Positions 18,886 through 27,456 of a stretch of 64,000 nt of DNA are shown here, in pieces (positions within the stretch are counted from its first letter, which is position 1; each line of letters begins with the position of its first letter). The position numbers were made by a program, and so were the translations under genes. The notes below the pieces were generated by a model. The model had not been told where the DNA came from and did no database searches. It saw nothing but the letters and a program-made list of their open reading frames with translations. Location: contig CAZGUD010000032.1 of NCBI GenBank assembly GCA_964528915.1, positions 4,008-68,007 on the forward strand, written 5' to 3'. This DNA is from an uncultured Terracidiphilus sp. GTDB taxonomy: Bacteria > Acidobacteriota > Terriglobia > Terriglobales > Acidobacteriaceae.

Positions 18886-19314
18886 CTATTCTCTCCTTCG
18901 GGTGTTATTAAGGAGTGCGACAGGCGTCATCACTTCAATGTCGAATTGCTTCGCCGGTCCCTTAAAGTCTTTGATGTTATTCGTCAGAATAGCGTCTGCA
19001 ATTCCATTGATGGCCACATCCAGAACCAGGTTGTCGTCTTCGTCTGGCGACAGCGGACGATGCCTGAATGCGACAAAAACGGGTTCGGCAATTGCTTCGA
19101 GGGCGTCAACAATTGCCTCCGTGTCCGCTATCGACCTGCCGGAAGCATGCATATGCCCCGGGCGCAACGTCACTTCCCTGTATTCGCAGGCCAGCTTGTA
19201 GTCCATCAATGTTACGAGTTCACTTCGCAGTGCCATTCTGATTACTTCAGCTGCCGCTCCGGCGTTAGAACGGAGCGCAGTAATGAGAACGGAAGTATCG
19301 ATCACCACCCGCAC
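18886..19314 (-). CDS. PIN-domain toxin
   Basis: RVVIDTSVL, EYREV, PDEDDNLVLDVA and TNNIKDF; acidic residues intact. Confidence 0.88.
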   Translation of the reverse strand: MRVVIDTSVLITALRSNAGAAAEVIRMALRSELVTLMDYKLACEYREVTLRPGHMHASGRSIADTEAIVDALEAIAEPVFVAFRHRPLSPDEDDNLVLDVAINGIADAILTNNIKDFKGPAKQFDIEVMTPVALLNNTRRRE

Positions 19315-19321
19315 ATGCCGA

Positions 19322-19341
19322 TGATATCACAGGTGGCATCA
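19322..19341. promoter_or_regulatory. Putative antitoxin operator
   Basis: TGATATCA (perfect palindrome) and TGGCATCA, 4 bp apart, immediately upstream of the PIN start. Confidence 0.45.
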
Positions 19342-19394
19342 TTGAAAGATAGGAAGGCGACTCAGGATGATTTCAGCGGCTCGGCTCCGCCAAA

Positions 19395-19679
19395 TCATGA
19401 AGAAGCATCAAGTCGCTCGATCCGCTTCTGCGCAATAACAAGTCCGACTAAGCCATAAAGGACGGCGTTGAATGGACCCTAAATCACCAATGCGACTCCC
19501 AGGTCCGGATCCACAGGAGCCAGCGATGTGAGACCCACCATCGGCGCGAGCGTCTCCATGACCCATAGAGGAACAGACATGTTTCCACGTAAGGAGTAGA
19601 CGACAATCGCCAGAGAGTACCCGATGCCGGCGCAGCCAAGCACCCAGATCCAGCGGATCGCTTTTTCACCGAGCTTCGT
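19395..19679 (-). pseudogene. Degraded small membrane-protein gene
   Basis: Reads (ACG)KLGEKAIRWIWVLGCAGIGYSLAIVVY...LGVALVI*GPFNAVLYGL / VGLVIAQKRIERLDASS*. Start is mutated, there is a TAG at 19479-19481, and one frameshift. Confidence 0.5.
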
Positions 19680-19710
19680 AGCTGCCTATTTTGTTGGCCG
19701 CACCTTCGTT

Positions 19711-21300
19711 TCAGAGTTTTTCGGCGACGCTCTTTGCCTGCGTGAAGAGGTAGAGATAATCGGGGCCGCCGGCCTTTGAATCTGTGCCGCTCATGTTGAA
19801 ACCGCCGAAGGGGTGCGCGCCCACCATCGCTCCCGTGCACTTGCGGTTGAAGTAGAGATTGCCCACGTGGAATTCTTCGCGCGCGCGGTCAAGCTTCTCG
19901 CGGCTTGAACTGTAAATTGAGCCGGTCAGGCCGTACTCGGTGTTGTTGGCAACCTCGAGCGCCTCGTCGAAGTTCTTAACCTTGATGAGCGCCAGCACCG
20001 GGCCGAAGATCTCTTCCTGCGACAGGACGCCGTCGGGCGGAATGTCGGCGAAGACGGTGGGCTCGAGGTAGAAGCCGCCGTCGGCGGTCTGCGGCGTCTT
20101 ACCGCCCGCAATCAGCCGGCCCTCCAGCTTGCCTTTTTCGACATACTCAAGCATGGTGGCCAATGCCGCCTTGTTGATTACCGGGCCGAGGTTGGCGTTT
20201 TCAGCCGGGTCGCCGACAGTAAGCTTGGCAACGCGCTCGCGCAGGCGTTCTTCGAAGACGTCGTAGATGGCTGCTTCGACGATGGCGCGCGAGCACGCCG
20301 AACACTTCTGGCCGCTGAAGCCGAAGGCCGAGGCGGTTACGGCTTCGACTGCTGCGTCGAGGTCGGCGTCGGCACTCACGATGATGGAGTCTTTGCCGCC
20401 CATCTCAAGGATGGTGCGCTTGATCCAGATTTGGCCGGGCTGGGTTTTGGCGGCAAGTTCGTTGATGTCGAGACCCACAGCCTTGGAACCGGTGAAGGCG
20501 ATGAAGCGAGTCTTGGGATGCTCGACAATGGCGTTGCCGAAAGTTGCGCCGGAGCCGGGGCAGAAGTTGACCACGCCGTCGGGCATGCCGGCTTCTTCAA
20601 GAACCTCAACGAACTTGGCCGCGATGGTGGGTGAGTCGCTGGAGGGCTTGAGGATGACGGTGTTGCCACTGACGATGGAGGCAGCAGTCATGCCGGCCAT
20701 GATGGCGAATGGGAAGTTCCACGGCGGGATAACTGCGCCTACGCCGAGCGGGATGTAGTGGAGCTCGTTGCGCTCGCCGGGATATTGAATGGGCGTGGTT
20801 GCAGCGGCCAGACGCAGAGCCTCGCGCGCGTAGAACTCGAGGAAGTCGATGGTCTCGCCCACGTCGGCGTCGGCCTCAGCCCAGTTCTTACCAACTTCAT
20901 AGGTGAGCCAGGACATGAACTCGAACTTGCGCGAGCGGATGATAGCCGCCGCATTGAGCAGCAGCGAGACGCGCGTGTCGACTGGCGTGCGGCTCCAGGA
21001 GGCGAAGGCATGCAGGGCTGCGGCCATAGCGGCGGCGGCGTGCTCTGCGCCGGCCTTCTGGTGGACGCCAACAATCTGCGCAGGCTTAGCGGGATTGAGC
21101 GAAGTGATTTTACCGCTGGTCTTGACGCGGTTGCCGCCAATGATCAGGTCGTATTCGCGGCCGAGTTCGGCGCCGACCTTGGCGAGCGCGTCGCGCATGG
21201 CGCGGGCATTTTCGTGGTCTTTGAAGTTGGTGAAAGGCTCGTTGGCGAAGACGCCTTGCGGAGTGCGGGACTGAATGCTGGAGGAGGTCAAAGTAGCCAT
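19711..21300 (-). CDS. pruA: L-glutamate gamma-semialdehyde (P5C) dehydrogenase
   Basis: FANEPFTNF, PPWNFP, FTGS, EMGGKD, FGFSGQKCSACSR, EEIFGP, YGLTG and HPFGGFNMSGTDSKAGGPDYL. Confidence 0.93.
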   Translation of the reverse strand: MATLTSSSIQSRTPQGVFANEPFTNFKDHENARAMRDALAKVGAELGREYDLIIGGNRVKTSGKITSLNPAKPAQIVGVHQKAGAEHAAAAMAAALHAFASWSRTPVDTRVSLLLNAAAIIRSRKFEFMSWLTYEVGKNWAEADADVGETIDFLEFYAREALRLAAATTPIQYPGERNELHYIPLGVGAVIPPWNFPFAIMAGMTAASIVSGNTVILKPSSDSPTIAAKFVEVLEEAGMPDGVVNFCPGSGATFGNAIVEHPKTRFIAFTGSKAVGLDINELAAKTQPGQIWIKRTILEMGGKDSIIVSADADLDAAVEAVTASAFGFSGQKCSACSRAIVEAAIYDVFEERLRERVAKLTVGDPAENANLGPVINKAALATMLEYVEKGKLEGRLIAGGKTPQTADGGFYLEPTVFADIPPDGVLSQEEIFGPVLALIKVKNFDEALEVANNTEYGLTGSIYSSSREKLDRAREEFHVGNLYFNRKCTGAMVGAHPFGGFNMSGTDSKAGGPDYLYLFTQAKSVAEKL

Positions 21301-21327
21301 AGCAGTAACAGTGTAGTCCAGAAACAA

Positions 21328-21357
21328 GGGGCAGGGATCAGGGTCAGGGATCAGGGG
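21328..21357 (+). repeat. G-rich short tandem repeat (CAGGGAT/CAGGGT), G4-compatible
   Basis: GGGG-CA-GGG-ATCA-GGG-TCA-GGG-ATCA-GGGG just upstream of the pruA start. Confidence 0.5.
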
Positions 21358-21775
21358 AAATTGGCGGTGGCGGTGGAGTTAGCATTCCGGCAACTCGAGG
21401 GATCTTGCTTGCAACCGTTGAGACTTTCTCTCGTTCCAGTTTTGGAGATCGGCGGCGATTAAGCCTTTTGTTTTCAATTTGCTATTTGGACAGTCTTTCT
21501 GCCTCCTGCTCTCGGTCGGCGCTGGGGAAGGCAGAACTTCGCTTGAATCCGTCAAAGCGCTGCTCAAAGGCAACAGCAAAAACAACTGCAGACCTCGGCT
21601 TCGCTGGGGATGATAGTGCGCGAGATGGGTGTTTGATTCCCTGAGGTTCCTTTCAATGCGAGCAACAGCCGATGAGAAGCTGTCCCGTGCGATTATTGAG
21701 CGTGTCGGGCAAATCCCAACCGAACAAATCTCATTCGCACGCGTCCTTCCCATGTAGATCTCACCGGAGCGCAGC

Positions 21776-24214
21776 TTGCAGTCACTGATCCAGGATCTCC
21801 GTTATTCGTTGAGACAGCTCATCAGCAGCCCGGGGTTCACCCTGACGGCGGTGATCTCGCTGGCGCTGGGCATTGGCGCCACCACGGCTGTGTTCAGCGT
21901 GATCTACGCCGCTCTGCTCCATCCTTATCCTTTCAAGGAAGCCGACCGCATTATGCGGTTGGGAGTGTGGGATAAGGCCGGCGCCGGCCATCTGGTGTAC
22001 CTGAGCAGCCCGCAGATCAAGCTGCTGAGACAATCACCTGCGGTAGACAGCGTAGTGGCGATGGACGATTGGTCGATGACACTGACCGGCCACGACCTTC
22101 CGGAAAATGTGGAAGCCATTTTCTTATCGCCGAACGGTTTTGACTTTCTCGGCATGCCGGCGTGGCGCGGGCGCGGGCTGATGCCGAGTGACGCGATCGA
22201 AGGAAGCAGCCCACAACCGGTGGCAGTGCTCGCGTACCAGTTCTGGCAGCGGCATTTCAACTCCGATCCGGGCGTACTCGGGCGAACCATTCAGCTTGAA
22301 CATAAGACCTACACGATCGTGGGGATTGCGGCGCCGCGCTTCCGCTGGTACAGCGCCGACGTTTATTTGCCGCTCGATCTCAACAATGACCCGGTGCCGA
22401 TTTATTTCGTGGATTTCCGGCTCAAGCCGGGTGAGTCGCGCGAGACCGCAAACGCGGCGCTGCAGCCGCTTCTGGAACAGTTCGCGCGGGAGACGCCCAA
22501 GCATTTCCCCGAGCAATTCAAAGCCGGTGTTCAGGGCTTGAACGACTGGGTGGTGCGCCAGATTGGAAAGACGCTCTACCTGCTGCTGGGCGCGGTTGGA
22601 TTGTTACTGGCCATCGGATGCGGCAATGTTTCAATCTTGCTTCTGGCCCGAGGCACGGCGCGACAGCACGAACTGGCAGTGCGCGCGGCAATCGGAGCCA
22701 ACCGTGGACGCATCGTTCGCCAATTGCTGACCGAGTCGCTGGTGCTGGCGGTAACCGGGGCCGCGTTCGGCGTGTTGGCAGCTTATGGCATGCTGGCGGA
22801 CATGCGCGTTGTGCTTCCGCGCTACGCCTTCGCTCCTGAAGTGGTGATCAACATCAACCTGCCGGTGCTGTTTTTCAGTGTGGGGATAGCGCTGCTGACC
22901 GGGATTCTGTTTGGGTTGTGGCCTGCGTGGCAGCTTTCACGATCGGCCACCATGCAAATGATGCAATCGAACGCGCGCAAAATTGCCGGAACGGTGCGCG
23001 GGCGCAGGTCCCACAGCGTGCTGATTGCGGGGCAAATCGCGCTGACCTTGCTACTGCTGGCGGGCGCGGGAACAGCCATGAAAGGCTTTCAGCGGATCAT
23101 GCATGTTCCACTGGGATACGATCCGCACCACGTGATGTCGGTTCCCATTCCAATTGCCGAGAAAAGCTACGAGACCTGGGAAAAGCGCTCGAGTTACATC
23201 GATCGGTTGCGGGCCCAGGTGGCAGCGACGCCGGGCGTAACAAGCGTTGGCATCTCTACAGCCGCTACTCCGCCAAGGAACGGCATAAACCAGCGATTTG
23301 AGATCGAGGGAACGTCTGGTTTGGAACAACAGGACACCCTGGTCAACCTGGTAAGCCCGGGCTATTTTCAATCGCTTCGCATTCCGCTGCTGCGGGGCAG
23401 AATCTGGAGCGATACTGAAGATCGCGACGCGGCGCATGTGGTGGTGATCAACCAGGCAATGGCGCGGCTATATTTCCCCAACGGCAATGCCATAGGCCAA
23501 TCCATCAAGCTGCCTGATATTGAGAATCGGCCGCCCATCGTGTTGTCGGCGCCGGGCATTGCCGACGCGTGGCTGCAAATTGTGGGCATCGTGGCGGACC
23601 ATCGCAACGCAGGGTTGGGAAATCCGGCCAGGCCTGAAGCTTTTGCGCCGTGGACGCTTTGCATGTGGGAATACACACGGATCTTGGTACGCTCCGATGT
23701 TCCGCCACTGTCGCTGCTGTATGCCATCCGCAAGCAACTCACGCTGGTGGATGCCGATCAGCAGACCACGAGCGAGGTCGACGACCTGGAACAGTGGATC
23801 AAGGATGAGCCGGAGTGGCAGCAAGGCTACCTGGTCACATGGATTTTCAGTGCATTCTCAGTGCTGGCGCTGGCTCTGGCATCGGTGGGGCTGTACAGCG
23901 TGGTGTCGTATAGCGTGACGCAGCGAACCAATGAATTCGGCATCCGCATGGCATTGGGAGCGCAGCGCTCGCATGTACAACGCATCGTGTTTGCTTCAAT
24001 GTTGACCAGTGTGACAGGTGGAATCCTGGCCGGGATCGGGCTCAAACTGGCGTTGGGCAGCGTGATTGCCCAGTGGGCCGGCGACGGTTCGAATGACCCG
24101 ATCGTGCTGCTGGCTACAGTTGTTCTGCTCACTGCGGTGGCGGCCGTCGCGTGCGCAATCCCCGCGCGGCGCGCTTCGAAACTGGAACCGATGACGGCAT
24201 TGCGCTGTGAGTGA
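21776..24214 (+). CDS. ADOP-type duplicated ABC permease (MacB-PCD/FtsX)
   Basis: DLRYSLRQL..SPGFT, LALGIGATTAVFS, ELAVRAAIGA.RGRIVRQLLTES and RTNEFGIRMALGA. Confidence 0.92.
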   Translation: MQSLIQDLRYSLRQLISSPGFTLTAVISLALGIGATTAVFSVIYAALLHPYPFKEADRIMRLGVWDKAGAGHLVYLSSPQIKLLRQSPAVDSVVAMDDWSMTLTGHDLPENVEAIFLSPNGFDFLGMPAWRGRGLMPSDAIEGSSPQPVAVLAYQFWQRHFNSDPGVLGRTIQLEHKTYTIVGIAAPRFRWYSADVYLPLDLNNDPVPIYFVDFRLKPGESRETANAALQPLLEQFARETPKHFPEQFKAGVQGLNDWVVRQIGKTLYLLLGAVGLLLAIGCGNVSILLLARGTARQHELAVRAAIGANRGRIVRQLLTESLVLAVTGAAFGVLAAYGMLADMRVVLPRYAFAPEVVININLPVLFFSVGIALLTGILFGLWPAWQLSRSATMQMMQSNARKIAGTVRGRRSHSVLIAGQIALTLLLLAGAGTAMKGFQRIMHVPLGYDPHHVMSVPIPIAEKSYETWEKRSSYIDRLRAQVAATPGVTSVGISTAATPPRNGINQRFEIEGTSGLEQQDTLVNLVSPGYFQSLRIPLLRGRIWSDTEDRDAAHVVVINQAMARLYFPNGNAIGQSIKLPDIENRPPIVLSAPGIADAWLQIVGIVADHRNAGLGNPARPEAFAPWTLCMWEYTRILVRSDVPPLSLLYAIRKQLTLVDADQQTTSEVDDLEQWIKDEPEWQQGYLVTWIFSAFSVLALALASVGLYSVVSYSVTQRTNEFGIRMALGAQRSHVQRIVFASMLTSVTGGILAGIGLKLALGSVIAQWAGDGSNDPIVLLATVVLLTAVAAVACAIPARRASKLEPMTALRCE

Positions 24215-24266
24215 GAAGAAAACAGTCGCCGGCCAACGGACTAGAATGCATTGAGAGGACTCCCTG

Positions 24267-25898
24267 ATGACTCGCATGCTGCAATTGTTGTCGATAAGCA
24301 TTTTTGCGCTCTGGCCGCTGGTGATGGCGGCTGATCCGGCGGATGTATCGTTTTCGAGCGCTCCGGCGCAGGTAGATCGCTTCGATTATGTTGAGATCAC
24401 CGCGACGGTACAGGCAGCGGACGTTCGCAATCCCTTCACGGACGCGTCCCTCACAGGGACGCTTGAATCTGCAGATGGTAGCCGGCATTGGAATGTCGAA
24501 GGATTTGCCGATAGCAATGACGGCAGCGTGTACCGGATACGCTTTATGCCGATTATCGCCTGCGACTATAAGTACACGGTCACGTATCAGCAAGGCGATT
24601 TCAAGAAGACGGCCAGCGGCACGTTCCGCTCGATCGAGGCGCACCGGCGGGGGATGCTGGGGGTCGATCCAGCCTATCCCTGGCACTTTATCTGGACCGG
24701 AACCGGAGAGCATTTCTTCTTCAACGGCACAACCGCTTATTGGTTGATGGGCTGGAAAGAAGAGCGCATCATCGACTTCAGCATTGAGCGGCTGCACCGG
24801 CTGAAGGTGAACCGGATGCGCGTGACAATCGCCGGCCGCGAATCCACGTTCTTTGGCGAGCCAGTGATGATCGGGCCGTCGTGGACGACAATGCTGGCTC
24901 CGTGGAAGGCCGAGAATGCGGATGACTTCGGCCATCCCGGTTTCGACTACACGCGGTTCAACGTGTCGTACTGGCAGCGGTTCGACAGAATGCTGAAGTT
25001 TGCGCGCGAGCATGACATGAACATCTCGCTGGTGCTGGATATGAACGACGGCCAGGTGCATCCGGCTGCGGGAAGCGAGGATGAGCACAGGTTTATCCGT
25101 TATGCGGCGGCGCGATTCGGCGCATTCTCAAACATCACCTGGGACCTGGGCGACGATCTCGAAAGGTTCCGCGACGATAAGTGGACGCACGAGACTGGAA
25201 CGCTGCTGCAGGGCTGGGATCCTTATGGGCAGCTTGAGACCAGCCATCCCGTAGAAATCGAGCACCAGGACCGGGCATCGAGCTGGTTTGGATTTACTTC
25301 GTACCAGGAGTGGTCGCGCGATCAGCACCGGCTGATGCTTGAGTCGCGCAAGCTGCAGGAGAAGGCAGGGCGCATTATTCCGCAAACCAACGAGGAGTAC
25401 GGGTACGAAGATCACTACCCGTTGTGGGCGCTGCCGGGATCGGACTCGAGCGACGTGCTGCGGCGGACGGCATGGGATATTGCGATGGCGGGCGGGTACC
25501 AGACTGCGGGAGAAACAGCGCGGCGAGGCACCAACATTTTGCCGGACACGGGCGGCGGATGGATGAACGCCCGGGGCGACGACACCATGACAATGTTCCT
25601 GGGCTACGGGCACATGGTGGATTTCTTCACCAGCTTCGAGTGGTGGAAAACGAATCCGCACGATGAACTGGTGGACAAGGGCGACTACTGCCTGGCCAAT
25701 CCGGGGAAAACGTACGCTGTGTACCTGCCGCATGCGGGACACGTGACTGTTCAGCTTGGGCAGGGGCATTACCGGGCGTATTGGTTCAGTGCGACGACGG
25801 GAGAAAAGGTGGACCTGCCGGCTGCGAGCGGGCCAAGTTGGACTTCGCCAGACGCGCCGGATCGGAATGACTGGGCTTTGTTGTTGCAGGCGGAATAG
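24267..25898 (+). CDS. Secreted DUF5060/DUF4038 apiosidase-like glycoside hydrolase with C-terminal collagen-binding-like domain
   Basis: Signal peptide; RNPF, GF...YRIRFMP, YAAARFGAFSNITWDLG, NEEYGYE, YCLANPG...YAVYL and DWALLL. Confidence 0.75.
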   Translation: MTRMLQLLSISIFALWPLVMAADPADVSFSSAPAQVDRFDYVEITATVQAADVRNPFTDASLTGTLESADGSRHWNVEGFADSNDGSVYRIRFMPIIACDYKYTVTYQQGDFKKTASGTFRSIEAHRRGMLGVDPAYPWHFIWTGTGEHFFFNGTTAYWLMGWKEERIIDFSIERLHRLKVNRMRVTIAGRESTFFGEPVMIGPSWTTMLAPWKAENADDFGHPGFDYTRFNVSYWQRFDRMLKFAREHDMNISLVLDMNDGQVHPAAGSEDEHRFIRYAAARFGAFSNITWDLGDDLERFRDDKWTHETGTLLQGWDPYGQLETSHPVEIEHQDRASSWFGFTSYQEWSRDQHRLMLESRKLQEKAGRIIPQTNEEYGYEDHYPLWALPGSDSSDVLRRTAWDIAMAGGYQTAGETARRGTNILPDTGGGWMNARGDDTMTMFLGYGHMVDFFTSFEWWKTNPHDELVDKGDYCLANPGKTYAVYLPHAGHVTVQLGQGHYRAYWFSATTGEKVDLPAASGPSWTSPDAPDRNDWALLLQAE

Positions 25899-25950
25899 AT
25901 CGCATTTTTCGCAGCAGGGCGCGTGAGGTTGCAAATTCATCGGTTGCAAA

Positions 25951-26035
25951 GCCGTGCGGGTTTAAAGGCCCGTGGCTTAAGCTGTTTCAATATTTTGCGC
26001 TCTATTCCGCAGTCTGAAGGCTGCTGCTCCCTCCG
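25951..26035. repeat. REP-like element
   Basis: CGGGTTTAAAGGCCCG and CTGAAGGCTGCTGCTCCCTCCG, the latter shared with 14167..14188. Confidence 0.55.
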
Positions 26036-26144
26036 AGACCGCCGGGACTTTATTCGGTGAGTTGTGGGAAGCGCAAATTATCGGCGATTGGGTTGTGTGA
26101 GGGGGTCTCGCTAACTTAAGGTTAGGCGAGGCGAGGCCGGCACG

Positions 26145-27209
26145 ATGATCCAAAATCAGCATCTGATTCCCAGCAATCTCGATGAGCATTTCTTTATCAA
26201 ACCGCCGGCGGATGGGGCGGATTTGCTGCATACCACGGACGACGAATTGCATATGCACGGGCTGCCGCACCGGCCCGATCCGAAAGCTATGCCCAATGCG
26301 GCGCGAGCGTGGCTGCGCGTGATGCGGCGGATCAAGCGCTTTGTGGTGCCGCAGTTGACGGTACGCCACGATTACTTGTTCCGGCCGATTCGTCAGGCGC
26401 AAGCGGCGCAGGGGACTCAAACGGAAGCGGGCGCGACTTCGAATTGGGGCGGGCTGGTGATGACGGACATGCCGCCGTATCAGCAGGTGTGGGGCAGTTG
26501 GACGATCCCGGAGATTCAGATCCCGCCGGGTGGCACCGATCCCGCATACAGGTGCGCAATCTGGGTGGGCCTTGGCGGGTATGTGAATGACGACAATCTT
26601 CTGCAGGCCGGGATTGCGCAGGCGGTGGGAGCGGACGGTAACGCGGAGTGTTTTGCGTGGTATGAATGGTATCCCGCGCCGCCAATCATGCTGAACGGTT
26701 TCAACGTTGAGGCCGGGCACACGATTGCAGTATTCGTTGGCGGATACGTCGATGGCTCGGGCCGCGGCGTAGTGGGCCTGGCTAACCTGGTGACAGGCGA
26801 TGCGATTCCCATAACGGTGGTGCCGCTGCCTGCGGTGGACGCATGCGGGAACGCAGTCAATCCCGCCATCAAAGCTCCTTCAGGCTTGAGCGCGGAGTGG
26901 ATTGTGGAGCGCCCCGACATGGGTTGCGGCGGTCAGGAAAAGTATGCCGAACTGCCCGACTTTGGCGAAGTGAACTTTACGCACGCAGCCGCAGTGAGCG
27001 GTGCAGCGGGAACGAAGAAGGAGATGGTTGCAGCGTCAGGCGACTCAAAGGCGCGGAGCCTGAAGATTCTGGCCGACGATGCGCACACGCTGCTTACCGA
27101 TGAGCTCAGCGTTCCCGCGCTTCAGGTGAGCTTTCTGCAAACGGCGACGGTGCAGGCGCAGGAAGAACAGCCACAGAAATCCCCTCAAATAAATAGCACA
27201 GGAGACTGA
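26145..27209 (+). CDS. G1-family glutamic endopeptidase (eqolisin)
   Basis: SNWGG, WVGLGG, LLQAG (catalytic Q), AWYEWYP, SAEWIVERP (catalytic E) and LPDFGEVNF. Confidence 0.88.
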   Translation: MIQNQHLIPSNLDEHFFIKPPADGADLLHTTDDELHMHGLPHRPDPKAMPNAARAWLRVMRRIKRFVVPQLTVRHDYLFRPIRQAQAAQGTQTEAGATSNWGGLVMTDMPPYQQVWGSWTIPEIQIPPGGTDPAYRCAIWVGLGGYVNDDNLLQAGIAQAVGADGNAECFAWYEWYPAPPIMLNGFNVEAGHTIAVFVGGYVDGSGRGVVGLANLVTGDAIPITVVPLPAVDACGNAVNPAIKAPSGLSAEWIVERPDMGCGGQEKYAELPDFGEVNFTHAAAVSGAAGTKKEMVAASGDSKARSLKILADDAHTLLTDELSVPALQVSFLQTATVQAQEEQPQKSPQINSTGD

Positions 27210-27456
27210 ACGCCAGTAAGGCCAGGAACGCCGCTCGGAGGCCGAAGCCCAGACCTGCCAGCCGCGCCCTTTCAAAACCATATTTATCCAATCAACTTCA
27301 GTTCTCACTTGCAACTTTAGTTACATTACCTGCGCCACTAATGAGGTACGCAAACCTCAAACGGTGTATTGTCTGTGCGCCTGCGAAAAACTACATGTAG
27401 TGAAGGGGCGAAGGTTTTAAAGCAGGTACCGCTGATAACGCCCCTTCAATGTTTTG

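Noticed and set aside
21776..24214. ABC permease without ATPase as an anomaly
   Set aside because: Orphan duplicated permeases are a common expanded family in Acidobacteria.
27330..27450. Possible c-di-GMP riboswitch upstream of the EAL gene (GAGGT-ACGCAA-ACCTC hairpin)
   Set aside because: Single small hairpin; the two-stem GEMM architecture is not evident.
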